A stretch of DNA of 64,000 bases from positions 1 through 64,000 of the forward strand of contig NW_026860755.1 of the NCBI RefSeq assembly GCF_026571515.1, read 5' to 3'. Positions 41,945 through 55,611 of this stretch are shown piece by piece. A model generated the notes under the pieces. It had not been told where the DNA came from. It ran no database searches and saw only the letters and a program-made list of their open reading frames with translations. The translations under genes were made by a program, and so were the position numbers. The stretch is from Ruditapes philippinarum (lineage: Eukaryota). The first letter of the stretch is position 1; every line of letters begins with the position of its first letter.

Positions 41945-43119
41945 ATGTTCAAAAGTTTGCTTGACTTTCTCACGCCATGGAGAGGTAACTCCAGTAAATC
42001 CGTAATGCAAACTCCAAAAAGAAAATTAGATTTTAATGAAACAGAGCAAACCTTGCCGGACATTTGGCACGATGCCTCTACAATTCCACAAACAGCAATG
42101 TCCATGAATAGTACATCTAGCTGTCAAAATGGCTACGACACTAATGTAAACAGTAGGCCTACACGTCATCATTGTGACGTAATAAACCAAAATCAATCGA
42201 TAGATTTTAATGAAGGTATAACGCCACTAAATCTTGGCTATCGCCAATTTGAGAACTTGCCTCGTCGTAGAGAAAGAGAGCCCGATAAATTCAATGGCGA
42301 ATCTGATTTTGGCTTGTTTATTAGCCATTTTGAACAGGTCGCAAATTACAACAGGTGGTCTGAACTTGACAAAGCCCAAAACTTGGCAATTTGCCTCAGA
42401 GGCCGTGCGCAATGTGTTTTGGAAGAATTGTCTCAAACAGAGTTGAGCCATTATTCTTGTCTGAGAGAAGCTCTCAATAAACGTTTCAACCCAAGTGAAA
42501 GAACCTCGAGTTATAAGTTTGGAATTTAGAAATAAGAGGCGAAATAAGCAAGAATCCCCTGCTGAATATGGTTATATAATTTAAAGCGTCTCGGTATAAA
42601 AGCTTACCCCCGGACAGGCCGCACAAAACATTAGAAACCTTAATTGTAGATCAATTTATAGAGGGATTAAATAGGTCAAAACTCAGACGCCACGTGCAAT
42701 TCGGGCACCCTTCTTCATTAGATAGTGCCATTTCTCTTGCAACAGAATTTGAGGCATTTGACTCATTTACGACTTGTAAGCCTAGTAATGAAGAATATAT
42801 CCGTCCCGTACAAAATCAAGATGTAAATACGCAAACATCGCTAGAGAAACTTGTCTCTTCTCTAAATGATAAAATTGATTTACTTTCAGTTAATAAAATA
42901 TCAGGTAATAATAAAAGACAGGGCAATAGATCCGCTCGCCGTCAAAGAGTATGTTATAATTGTCACGAAGAGGGTCACATTAGTACCTACTGTCCGTTAA
43001 AACAGAATAGATCAGTATACAATCAAGATAATTACAACCTTGGCAATGCGCCAGCGCAGTCTACATGTACGCTTCCTAATGAAGTTAAAAATACCACAAA
43101 TCAAAATTCGTTAAACTAG
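41945..43119 (+). pseudogene. gag: Gypsy gag, frameshifted
   Basis: EPDKFNG...HFEQVANYNRWSELDKAQNLAICLRGRA capsid-like region and the CCHC knuckle CYNCHEEGHISTYC. Frame broken at ~42520-42690. Confidence 0.88.
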
Positions 43120-46100
43120 AACGGGCTGAGTTTGAGGCCGAAAGCCCAGTCCTTTTGCAAAATTTTAATTGTGATTCAAACATAAGGCCTTCTGTTAATG
43201 TTAGAGCTATTTCACAAGGTTGTTGGTTTCTACCCTGTGTTATTGATGGTAGTGAAAAGGATTTATTAATTAATTCTGGTGCGTCTTGTAGTATTTTGAC
43301 TTATGACTGTTATAAATCCTTGGCTAGTTTGCCAACGCTTAATAAAATAAATGTTGTGCTTAAAGGCGCTGACGGTAGTCCATTGAATATTTTCGGACAA
43401 TGTAAACTCAAGCTTAAAATTAACGGTCGTATGTTTGAACACAATTTGGTTGTTGCCCAGTTAGATAAAAATGGTGGTTTATTGGGCCAGGACTTTCTAG
43501 AAAAATTTGATGTTACTACTAGTTGGGGCAAGGGTATTCTTAAAATAAGAAATTTTAAAGTGCAGTTGAAAAGAGAAAATACAAATGTATGCACTCGCGT
43601 TTCAGTTTCGGAAACAATCAGCATTCCTGCAAAATGTGAATTGTTATTAAAGGGTAAATTACTTGATTCATGGGAAAATGGTACTTTTGGTATCGTAGAA
43701 CCTAATGATAAAATTTTGCAGCGTAAAGATCTATTTGTAGCCAGGTCTCTTGTAGAAAGCCACAACAAAGAAGTTGTATTCTCTATTTTAAATTTAAATT
43801 CAGAGCCTGTAAAGCTGAAACAAGGTTATGAAATAGCACATTTATCTCAAATGTCGTCGGCACAAGTAGTTTCACACGGTACAAATTTCAACGTTTCTAT
43901 GGAAAATGATGTACTTCCGGAGCATTTAATGCCCATGTATGAAAAGTCTTGCGAAAATCTTTCGAAATCACAATCTGAACGATTGCGAAATTTTCTGATA
44001 AATTACCAAAATATTTTTGTAGGGCCTGATGGGAAACTTGGTTGTACTGATGTAGTAAAACATACCATAGACACCGGTGATAACCGTCCAATTAAGCTTC
44101 CTCCAAGACGTTTGCCTATTGCGCAACGTGAAGTTGCCGATAAAGAAATAAATGACATGTTAGAAAATGGTATAATTTCAGAAAGCAATTCTGCTTTTGC
44201 TAGTCCTATTGTCTTAGTACGAAAGAAAGATAATTCAGTTAGATTCTGTGTAGATTATAGAAAGTTGAATGATATTACGCGTAAAGATGCCTATCCTTTG
44301 CCTAATATTTCTGATTCCCTTGACCAATTGGCGGGTTCTTCATGGTTTAGTACTCTTGACCTAGCTAGTGGATTTTGGCAAGTTGCCATGGATACTGATG
44401 ATAAACATAAAACTGCATTTGCGACGCACAGAGGCTTGTTTCATTTTAATTTTATGCCATTTGGGCTAGCAAACAGTCCAGCCACATCCGAACGTCTAAT
44501 GGAACTTGTACTAAGTGGCCTGAGATTCGAACGCTGTCTGGTATATTTGGACGACATAATTGTATATGGCGACACATTTGAAAAAGCATTAGAAAACTTA
44601 ACGCTTGTCTGCGAGAGATTAAAGTGTGCAAATTTAAAATTGAAACCAAAGAAATGTGTATTATTTCAGAGAGAGGTCGCTTATCTAGGCCATGTAGTAT
44701 CTGGGGATGGGGTGGCTTGTGATCCAGCTAAAATAGATGCTGTTAAAAATTGGCCAAAGCCGATGTCTGTTTCTGATGTTAAAAGTTTTCTTGGACTTGC
44801 AAATTATAACGAGAAATATGTAGAAAATTTTAGCACAATTGCATATCCCCTTACACAACTTACGCATAAGAATAGCCGTTTTCATTGGTCCGAGGCATGT
44901 GACAATTCATTTACAACATTGAAGTCAAAGTTAATTGAGGCGCCAATTTTAGCGTATCCTACAACAGCAGGACGCTTTATTCTGGATACAGATTGTTCTA
45001 ATTTCTGTATGGGTGCCATCTTATCACAAGTTCAAAATGGGGAGGAAAGGGTAATTGCGTACGGAAGTTCATAGTTCACTTAAATGGTTAAAGAATTTCA
45101 AAGAGCCCGAGGGTATGGTTGCGCGCTGGCTAGCTATTTTAGACACATATGATTTTGAAATTGAGCACAGAAAAGGAAGTTTGCACTGGAATGCCGATTC
45201 CTTTAGTAGAATTACACACTCAAAATGCAAGCGCGAAAATTGTACGGACTGTTACCCGATTAAAGAGAATAATATTTCTGTTGTTACTAGGAACCAAGCA
45301 AAGAAAAGTACATTATCAACTGAAATTGATACAAGTGCGAAATTCGAACCCGTGACTTCTGATATAAATTCTAAATCAAAATCAGGTAAAGGGCACGAAA
45401 AAGCAAATAAAGACAATCAAACTGAAATTAGTTTTATTTCACCAGAAAAATTTGTAAGAACATGGATTGACACTTGGTCAAATGATCAGCTTAGAGATTT
45501 CCAATTAAAAGACCCTACATTATGTCCCTTGATACATGCAATGCAATCGGACAAGGAAAAGCCATCCTTACCATCTATTTCGAAATATAGCCACGGTACT
45601 AAAGTTTTATTCAATATATGGCATGAATTGACCCTGGTAAATGAGGTTTTATATAAAATTTCTGATAAGGATATCGGAGGTAAAGTCAATCTTTTGGTTA
45701 TCCCTAGCAATATCCGCAGATATATTTTTGACCAATTACATAGTAATAGAGTTGCAGGACACTTTGGTAGAGACAAGACTGTGAACGCCATTAAATCAAG
45801 GTTTTACTGGCCTGGTCTTACTATAGGTGATGTCTCTAGGTGGTGCAATGAATGTGATCTATGTTCTAGGCGAAAACCTGGCCCAGGTCGAGGAAAGGCC
45901 CCAATGAAAAATGTGCAATCCGGTTTCCCATTGGAACGTATTGCCATAGATATTCTTGGCCCTTTACCAACTTCTGACCGTGGTCATTCTTATATAATGG
46001 TTGTAGGAGACTATTTCACAAAATGGACAGAATCTTATGCTATTGCAGATCACACAGCACAAACTGTTGCAGATACTTTAGTGACCGAGTTTATATGTCG

Positions 46101-47032
46101 TTATGGTGTCCCATATTGTATACATACAGATTAAGGTCGATAATTTGAATCAAATTTGTTCAAAGCCTTATGCAAATTATTAGATATAGACAAGACCCGC
46201 ACTACCCCCTACCATCCTCAGTCTGATGGAATGATTGAGCGTTTTAATCGTACATTGCAACAAATGTTGGCAATGTTTGCCAATTCAAACCGAAATGACT
46301 GGGATAACCATCTTCCTTATGTTATGTTTGCATATAGAACTAAAGTGCAAGATAGCACAAAATGTACACCATCTTTATTAATGTTTGGTAGACACCATCT
46401 TTATTAATGTTTGGTAGAGAAATAAATGTACCAATTGATATTTTGGTCGGAGATCCAAATCATAATGATATGTGTCCTATAGAATATGTACAGTGGGTTC
46501 AAACCGCTAGTGAGCAGGCTTTTTCGAATTTGCACAACAAAACTTGACTGGCTCTTTCAAGAGACAAAAGTATTATCATGACCAAAATATGAAAACTTAA
46601 AGTATTGAGGTAAACTCATGGGTATGGAGATGGTATCCGCCTAATGCAAATGTCAAATTAGGTTTAGGCTGGACTGGACCATATTTGGTTATAGGTAAAC
46701 CAAGTGATGTGACAGTAAAAATACAAAAGGCTCTGGATGCCCCAATGATTACTGTACATGTTAATCACCTTAAACCATACCTTGGAGATACTTCCAGACT
46801 TACATCTTGGATACAACAAGATGACCCAAATAGGGAATTGGTAACCATACCAAGTCAAATTGTGTTATCAAATTTAGATTACGATGTAACCGAAAGTCCA
46901 CCCAGATTCAATGAAAATTATGAAGATCTAACAGATAACTCCTTAAAAGTTATGACAGATCATCAAAACATTAAATTTACCAAAACTGGACGTGTGACAA
47001 AACCACCAATACGTTTATTGGAAGAAATCTAA
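43110..47032 (+). pseudogene. pol: Gypsy pol (PR-RT-RH-IN), defective
   Basis: Protease LINSGA (catalytic D replaced by N), RT with RFCVDYRKLN and YLDD, RNase H ILDTDCS with a deletion after RVIAYGS, integrase HHCC zinc finger, IAIDILGP and DGMIERFN. Stops and frameshifts from 46132 onward. Confidence 0.95.
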
Positions 47033-47498
47033 GAGCTGTTTTTTTTTAGAAATAATTGCATAAAATGTAATAATTGTTATGTAGAGAAATATGTACCTAA
47101 TTAGTTCATGCATTTAATTAAATGAATCATTATCTCATCATCTTTACATAAGATGGTATACTAAATAAAAATGTTAATAAAATTTTGCATGTTATGCTAA
47201 TGACTTTATAATCTGTAATCCTTGTTACTCTTAAAAAAAAAATAAAAAAAAAGTTGTAATTTAAAATAAAGTTATAAAGTTATATGTATGTTATTAAGCA
47301 AAGTTATACAATGAATAAAACAATTAAGAATTTGATAGGCACTTTAAGTTTAAGATATATTGAACACAGAGTATCTTGGAATGTCATTTTCCAGTTGTTT
47401 CACAGCCTTGGAAATTGTTCAAACACTGTTGCATACTAATTAAAGTTTTCAAATTTTTGAACACTTTTCTGCTGTTTATCTTGTTTTTTTTTTAGATA

Positions 47499-47843
47499 AT
47501 GTCACGTGCGGGATTTTATAAAGACGAACCCTGTGAGGTCAAAGGATGCAACTTTAAGCAAAGGTGAATAAGAAGTTACAAGCGCCACTATGAGGAGAGG
47601 CATAGGCCGACATGCTCGCAGTTTAAGTGTAACTTATGTGTTGAGAGTTCCCCTCAGTTTCTGAGAAGGGATAGTTTCGTCAAACATCTCAGGGGAGTTC
47701 ATTTTCTTTCTGGTTATGCCCTTTCTTATCATCTGTCACTTAATAAACCTTCAAAATTATTTAATCCATTGTATATTCCTCCTGGAGATGTTCTTCCTCC
47801 TTCTCTTGGAGCTGGTCTCCAGCCATTCTTATATGTTAATATA
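47499..47843 (+). pseudogene. Accessory ORF with two C2H2 zinc fingers downstream of pol (one in-frame TGA)
   Basis: Manual translation: MSRAGFYKDEPCEVKGCNFKQR*IRSYKRHYEERHRPTCSQFKCNLCVESSPQFLRRDSFVKHLRGVHFLSGYALSYHLSLNKPSKLFNPLYIPPGDVLPP. Preceded by a T-tract and TAG acceptor ending at 47495. Confidence 0.7.
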
Positions 47844-47848
47844 AAAAA

Positions 47849-49244
47849 AACTAGAAGTGTGTCATCATGCAACGGATGCCCCCGCATGCAGCCAAAATTT
47901 CAGATGTTATAATATTTAGTTCCAAATTTGTTTGCACAAATAATTTTTTTCATTTTTAGTTCAAAGCCCTTAAAACTTTTCAATGTTAACACAAACCATT
48001 TCCATACAATGTTCAAGGCACTGAAATTATTCAGTCTTAACCTTTTGAAAATAGCATATTTCATATTTGTAGCCAAAATAGTGGCTACATACATTTCCAC
48101 AAAAGTATGGGTTCTGAAACTGAAAGTTCAAAATTTTTCCAACATTCAAGAAAGATAAGTTTGTCCAAAATCATTGAACCATGACCAAATTCAAACTTAA
48201 ACTGCTTATTCCTAAGATGTATCTATATTATTTTCAAATTGAAAGGGACATAACTCTGCAAAAAAAATCATCGAACCATGACCAAATTCCAACTTGACCT
48301 GCCCATTCCATATCCATATGTCAAGTTTGAGTTAAATATGTAACACTGTTGGGTAGATATGAACAGAAACTGTTAATTTCATATTATTTTCAAAGTCTGC
48401 CAAAAATAATTGAACCATGACCAAATTCAAACTTGGCCTGGGCATTCCAAAAACATATCCATATGTCAAATTTGAGTTGAATGTGTTGTACCGGTGGGGA
48501 AATAATACACAGAAACTGAAAATTTCATATCATTTTCAAAGTGAAAGGGGCATAACTCTGCCAAAAGTCATTGAACCATGACCAAATTTGAACTTGACCT
48601 GCGCATTCCTTTGACATATCCATATGTCAAGTTTGAGTTGAATGTGTTGTACCGTTGGGGAGATAAAGAACGGAAACTGAAAATTTCATATTATTTTCAA
48701 ATTGAAAGGGGCATAACTCTGCCAAAAATCATCTAACCATAACCAAGTTCTTACTTGACCTGTATTTTCTCATGACATATCCATATGTCAAGTTTGAGTT
48801 GAATGTGTTATACTGTTGGGGAGATAATGAACGGAAACTGAAAATTTCATATTATTTTCAAAGTATAAGGGGCATAACTCTGCCAAAAATCATCCAACCA
48901 TAACCAAATTCTAACTTGACCTGTATTTTATTATGACATATCCATATGTCAAGTTTGGGTTTAATGTGTTGTACCGTTGGGGAGATAATGAACGGAAACT
49001 GAAAATTTCATATTATTTTAAAGTAAAAGGGGCATAACTCTGCCAAAAATCATTGAACCATGACCAAATTCAAACTTGACCTGTATTTTTTCATGACATA
49101 TCCATATATCAAATTTGAGTTGAATGTGTGCAACCGTTACTAAGATAATGAATGGAAACTGATGATGACGGAATGACAGAATGACGGAAGGACGGAACAG
49201 GGTAACACTATATGCCCTGGCCATTACATGGCGGGGGCATAAAA
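47849..49244 (+). mobile_element. Complete HINE/pearl-like non-autonomous element
   Basis: Head aactagaagtgtgtc, ~155-160 bp tandem monomers (ggggcataactctgccaaaaatcat...ccatatgtcaagtttgagttg), a gacggaat-type microsatellite, and a 3' hairpin atgccc...gggcat followed by an A run. Confidence 0.8.
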
Positions 49245-50195
49245 ATGTTGAGAATCTATATGCCCATAGAAAATAAAGCACAACATTTTATTTAGGTTTT
49301 GCCTCTTTATATGTTTGAAGAACTGAAATCTTTCTATTGAAATAAACAAAGAAACATGCTACATCCATATTAGACTCAGTACAGAGTACATCTATGTTGA
49401 ACATTATTATAGTTCCAAACAATTCACTTTATTAACACAAACTGGACACTGTTTTCTTTCATTCTGTAAAATTGTGAAACATTACATGACTACATGTTGG
49501 AGTTTTGTAAGTAGCATACCTAACAGATCCCCCTTGTTGGTGATGTATGGTCAATTTGCATGTATATTATAATCTATGGCTGCAAGATGTGCATCCTATA
49601 AACAGGTGGTGTGTAAGCAAATCTTTTGGTACAATACATCAAAATGTGCTGTTGAAACCCCTACATGCCAGCTGTACTTCTAAAAATGAATACAAAGAAT
49701 GAAAAGATATTTTCATTTAAATGATTTTAGTAAGGAAACATCCTTTTACATTAACATATTCATATGCTTGATATAATCTCTGCATGTAAATAATTATCTT
49801 TGAAAAGATTGTACACAGCTCTATCCTTCAATTGATAAGTGCAATAAAGGTGCCAATTAATTTATACATAATGGTTGTAGGTCCATTTGCGTTAACATAT
49901 AAAGGTGCTGTAAACATTAAACATTCTATAATCAATAGACATATGAGCTTTGTATTAATCAGGACATATACTCCTTTCCAGTTACGAAAATAAATCCTTT
50001 TAAAAATTTCACTCAAAACTGCTAGCATATCTTAACAAAGATAGACAATATCTCCTTTGCAGAATTAATGGTTCCAACATTGGAGCCATTGGCTTCAACT
50101 TTTTTGATTGGCCAATCTGGTGGTGCAAACTAAAATTGCCCCAGGGGGAACCCTGTCAATATAAATTTCTTTTATTGTACCTGATGAGAACATAC

Positions 50196-50337
50196 CTGCA
50201 GTTGAGATATTATGTCATCTTATTCAGAACACCAGCCAGATCTTTCAGACTATGTGCATCTTATTTCCTTTGCAGCCATGGTTTGTTCTGGTTTCTAATG
50301 GGCCATGATTGTACTAGGCATTGGTGTATTCCATCAT
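50196..50337 (-). other. Putative exon 3 of a minus-strand spliced transcript (duplicated near 40885-41026)
   Basis: Acceptor ttttcag and donor cag|gtatgt. Continues the exon 2 frame to ...PWLQRK*. Confidence 0.45.
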
Positions 50338-50528
50338 CTGAAAACAGAATCCATTCATGCCCAATAACTATAAGATTGATGCAGACACTAAAATATATTA
50401 TTCCCTGAAATAAAATATCAAGACAAATAAGCATGCATTAAAAAATGGCAAAGAAGTCAGCCTTCAACAAGTTTTATGAAACATAACTAAGCATTTCACA
50501 TTTATTTTACATATAAAATGCTTACCAT

Positions 50529-51117
50529 TGTAATAGATGACCAAATTTACTTTATATAAGTACTATACTTCTATTTAATTCTGATTTCTTAATTTCCATT
50601 ATGCTAGTACTGATACTTTACAATCAGATTTGAAACACTATACGATAACTTTTGAAACACTATACGATCACTTTTCTTGTTTAAAGTTAGGCAATATTAT
50701 TACGCTGCTAAACAATAAGTATTTGGAATCATTTGGCACTTTTGCCAACTTAAATTTATCCCATTCTGTATGTTAATTGCTATTAACAAGTGTCCTGTTA
50801 ATTAACATGTTTATGACGTTACTTTATGACGTCAAACTTGAACGAACACCTGGACGTGAAGGTTTGACGTCATAAAAGACCAGAAGCGCTCTGACCACCA
50901 TTGCGGTAAGCCGTTGTTTTCATTTCTCGGAAGTTTTCCGATTTTCTTTTATTTCCCCTACCTTATTTATTTTATATATATGTTAATTATGAAATATGAT
51001 GACTTAAATATTTAATACAATTCATAAAACTTACATTTGCCTTTATTCTCATTTCTTTTGTTTAATTTACACAAACGGTCCTGTGATATCGAACCGAAAG
51101 ACTGTTCCCCGTTTACA
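50529..51117 (+). mobile_element. Second LTR copy flanked on both sides by CCAT (solo-LTR configuration)
   Basis: CCAT at 50525-50528 and 51118-51121. TGTAA...TTACA termini. No polypurine tract upstream and no PBS downstream. Confidence 0.9.
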
Positions 51118-51658
51118 CCATTAACCTATGAAGCATTCCACATTATGCATCAAAACATCTTGCATGCATTAATTTTCTTGCAACAAATGACAATTATGTA
51201 TTGCTATCTAGAATTTTATCTAAATATTTCTTGAGCAACAGAATAATCGTATAAAATATCAAACATTCAAACAAAATCAAATATATAATAATTGTTTACT
51301 TACCATGAATAATTTATAGTCTGTAGCAGTTTTATAACTAAACCAGAAATGAATGGTTGTGTCTCAATTCAACTCCAAAAGGATTTTATTGGCTTTCTTT
51401 AGTACTACCTGAAGATTAAACCATAACTTGCTTAAGATTTAGAAAAAAAAATCAAATGTGGAATTCCTTTTCATTTTAGCAAAAAAATATTCTACATAAG
51501 AATTGTATATATTCAGTCTTCACCAACATTTACTATAGGACATGAATCTTCCCTTGTTATTAACAACAAATACAGCAGTATTGCATGTAGTGATAACACC
51601 AGTCTATTAAAAATTCTTTGTTTAAAAGGGATATAACTTAAGAAAAATATTGTTTTCA

Positions 51659-51814
51659 CAGTCATTGAATTTAAGATTTTGAATTCACTGGCCCCAATTC
51701 CAATTTTGAATTTATTCTACTATATATTTAACTACATTTTCTTAAAATTTACACTGGCCCAAACTAATTTTCACTGGCCATGGGCCATCGGGCCAGTGCT
51801 AAATTCAATGACTG
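51659..51814. mobile_element. Small MITE-like inverted repeat
   Basis: cagtcattgaattt...actggccc and gggccagt...aaattcaatgactg, with internal actggcc repeats. No clean TSD. Confidence 0.6.
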
Positions 51815-52114
51815 CTTTCATAAGAACATGTATGCTCCCCTGTTTAACAATTACACTTTGTCCTGATAAGCAAGTCTTTCAAGTTTCATGTTGATACATT
51901 TCAAAATATTTAAATAATGCAATGGTATGCCGTCGGACATAGAAATCTGACATAGAATGTAATAGCTTTGAAAAAAAAAGAAGCTAGAAATTAGAAATCC
52001 ATGATGTTTGATTCATGTAACTAAGAAAGTATACTCCACTTTTGAGGAATCTGTAACTATTTTGTTGTATGGTCTGAGAATTGACTACATAACAGAATCC
52101 TTTCCAAAAACCAT

Positions 52115-52357
52115 ATATGAGCCGCGTCACGACAAAACCAACATAGTGGGTTTGCGACCAGCATGGATCCAGACCAGCCTGCGCATCCGCCAAGTCTGAT
52201 CAGGATCCATGCTGTTCGCTATCAGTTTCTCTACTTGTTATAGGGTTTGTAAGCGAACAACATGGATCCTGATCAGACTGCACGGATGCGCAGGCTGGTC
52301 TGGATCCATGCTGGTCGCAAAACCATTATGTTTGTTTTGTCATGACGCGGCTCATAT
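52115..52357. mobile_element. Palindromic MITE with ~105 bp TIRs
   Basis: atatgagccgcgtcacgacaaaac...gcgaccagcatggatccagaccagcctgcgcatccg is mirrored by ...cggatgcgcaggctggtctggatccatgctggtcgc...catgacgcggctcatat. Confidence 0.92.
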
Positions 52358-52799
52358 TTATTTTTTCACAAGTGGATTTAAGACCTATAATGACCCTCTA
52401 TTTTTTTTTCACCTCAGTGAACAATTACCTATAATAATATTATGGAGTCATACAAATATCAAACTCATCATTTAAGATGACACCAAAATCTTTCAATTGG
52501 ACCAAAATTAACCATGTAATGCATGTTTTTTTTTATTTTTCTTCTTCTAATACAGTATTATATGCCACTTAAATCATATGAATATCTGATCATGATATAT
52601 ATGGATCACATGTTGACATGTATATATCCATTAATTGGTTCAATAAACTAATAAAAAAACATGAATTCAGCAGTATTTAAGATTAATCAGTTTTTATATG
52701 AATTATTTAAGTAAATTAGTTATGCAAGTATATAGTTATATAGCAATTTTGAAAGGTATTATTATAACCTGTCACTTTCAACAAAAATGGTGTACTTAC

Positions 52800-52890
52800 T
52801 CTCCTCTGCATATGCACTGAAGTCCAGGTCATCTTTGATGTCCCTGGTAGTGGTTTTGCAACACATGATGACGATGAAATTGATTTATTT
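52800..52890 (-). other. Putative exon 2 of a minus-strand spliced transcript
   Basis: Acceptor ttttcaattacag and donor gtaagt. ATG at 52866 gives MCCKTTTRDIKDDLDFSAYAEE. Confidence 0.5.
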
Positions 52891-53791
52891 CTGTAATTGA
52901 AAATATAGCATACTAGTACCATGGCCTAAAATCTTGACTATTCAAACCAATTACAATACTTGAATTGGTGCACTGCTTTTAAGAAAGAAGGGTTGTCAAT
53001 AAGAATTATCTTACGAGCACAATTATGGTTATTGTCCATGATTATTTTTCAAATTGTGAAATGCTGAAATTTTACTGCAAAAATGATTCAAATGCGACAA
53101 AAATATTGATTTTTGTGCGATTTTCCAGACAACATTTTAGTTTTTCTACTTTATTTCTTTGAAGATTCGACAACCCTGTATAGTAGATCAATATATCAGA
53201 CTTACGGGCTTGTTATTGCTTAAATGTCGGTCAAGGTTGCCCAAAAGCAAAAATATCTCAAAATCAAAGGATGTCACATTTATAAGACTACCCTTGATAG
53301 TTGAACATGCTTTGAAGAAATGCCTGTTCTGCTAGTCAATAGTTCTAACCCTTTTTGAGACACATGTGGCTAATCTATTTCACAGCATTGTAGTTACTAA
53401 ACAATAATAAATGTGATTGGAAAATAAAAGTTATTCAAAATATAATTTTGTTGTGTCTTAAATGATTCTTAAAAGATAGTGATTGGCCATCTTAAACGAT
53501 ATTACAATGGTTACAATGAACATACGCCATAAAATTGTAAAGGATTAGGCTCAGCCGATCTTTTATTTAACCTCGTAACAATTTTTTTGGTACGAAAATT
53601 ACAGTGAACGAAAACTTGATACACAGACGTGGATCTGCAAGCTTAATTTCTTTATCATAAGTCAAAACCATCCTAAAAACTATAACACAATATCTGTGTT
53701 TATATATTCGTAGGTGAATTTTTTCTATAAGTAGATCTAAGACCAAGAAAAAATTAAACGCAAACAAAAACTATGATCATCATCACCTCAC

Positions 53792-53985
53792 CTGTCAATC
53801 AGATAACAACTTCACGGTCGCTGTTGGTTTTAATTACCCTTTTTAGAACTTTTCATCGCTTTCAATCACTACCGGAGTATATCCTTGATTGAATTAAATC
53901 ACAGTTTCTTTCCACTTTTCGCTTTTTCCTTTTCAAATCTCAAAATTTGTTTCTCTTAACGTGACACACCTTTCGTATTGTCCGC
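53792..53985 (-). other. Putative exon 1 (3' part) of the minus-strand transcript, interrupted by the MULE-like element
   Basis: Donor cag|gtgag at 53792. With the insertion removed, the exon starts at a YY1-like aaataatggcgg. Confidence 0.4.
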
Positions 53986-55611
53986 CGGTATGCCTAAAAT
54001 ACGAAAGTGAGATTTTTGACGAAAGTGAGCGAAAGTGAGCGAAAATGACTTTTAAAATAGTAATTATAACATTTTAATAAACTTTTTAAACAAACTTGCA
54101 GTTTGTAGACGTATATTATTAGAAAATAATTATATTTATTAACAGAAATAATCATTATGATGATTTAATCGCTACTAATTTGCATAATTTCTATACACAA
54201 GTTCTTATATCTTCCTTTCGCTCACATTACAAATTCACACATAATCACATTGATTAGAAGTGCAGTGCAAAGAACAGTAACTCTGCCTTGCCTAATTTTG
54301 GACTTTAAACTTTTTCCAGGGACATAACTCTAAAACTTCATGAGGTGTACTTTCCTGTGTCCAAAACCTATTCGGGGAGCATCACCCGGCTCAAACCGGG
54401 CTCTTGTTTAATATATTTTATTCATTTCTGAAAACATGCGTCTTTCAGCGCTATATTTGACATTTTTGAAGTCACTTTCGTATTTTTCAATGTGAGGGAA
54501 AGGAAGATCTTTTAACTTGTGTAATGCAAATAAAGGGTGGTTAAATCATCATTATGATTATTTTTAAAAAATAAATATAATTGACTTCTGATATTGTACA
54601 TCTACAAATTAATTGCAATTTTAGTAATAAATTCAATTTAAACAGTATATTTGATATTTTGTAAGCCACTTTCGTATTTTTCAATGCAAGCGAAAGAAAG
54701 ATCTCTGTATATAACTTGTGTATAGAGATTATGCAAAATAAATGGCGATTTAATCATCATAATGTAAATATTATCATTTTCTGATATTATACGTCCACTT
54801 TGTGCAATATTAGTAAAAATAATTTCAATTTAAACAGTATATTTTATAAGTCACTTTCGTATTTTTAGATGAAAACCAAAGGAAGATATAACAATTTGTG
54901 TATATAAATTATGCAAATAAAAACCGAATAAATCATCATTATGATTATTTTTTATAATAAATATAAGTAATTTCTAATAATATACGTCTACAAACTGCAA
55001 TTTTATGCAAATAAAGGGCGGTTAAATCATCATAATGATTATTTTTAAAAATAAATATAATTGACTTCTGATATTGTACATCTACAAAGTAATTGCAATT
55101 TTAGTAATAAATTCAATTTTAACAGTATATTTGATATTTTGTAAGCCACTTTCGTATTTTTCAATGCGAGCGAAATGAAGATCTCTGTATATAACTTGTG
55201 TATAGAGATTATGCAAAATAAATGGCAATTAAATCATAATAATGATCATCTTTGAAAGTAAATATTATCATTTTCTGATATTATACATCCACTTTGTGCA
55301 ATATGAGTAAAAATAATTTCAATTTAAACGGTATATTTTATATTTTATAAGTCACTTTCGTATTTTTCAATGTAAGCGAAAGGAAGATATAAAAATTTGT
55401 GTATATAAATTATGCAAATAAAAACCGAATAAATCATCATTATGATTATTTTTTATAATAAATATAAGTAATTTCTAATAATATACGTCTACAAACTGCA
55501 ATTTTATTGTAAAAGTCTATAAAAAGGTTACAATTAATATTTTAAAAGTCACTTTCGCTCACTTTCGCTCACTTTCGTCAAAAATCTCACTTTCGTATTT
55601 TAGGCAAACCC
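53986..55611. mobile_element. Non-autonomous foldback element with long TIRs and a 9-bp TSD (Mutator/MULE-like)
   Basis: TSD attgtccgc at 53977-53985 and 55612-55620. TIRs of at least 75 bp contain repeated cgaaagtga. Internal AT-rich subterminal tandem repeats start with cactttcgtattttt. Confidence 0.85.

Larger units (their letters stand above)
47844..50528 (+). repeat. Second copy of the direct duplication (partner 38105-41215)
   Basis: Collinear near identity with 38105-41215, ending in the same ...gcttaCCAT junction before the LTR. Confidence 0.9.
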
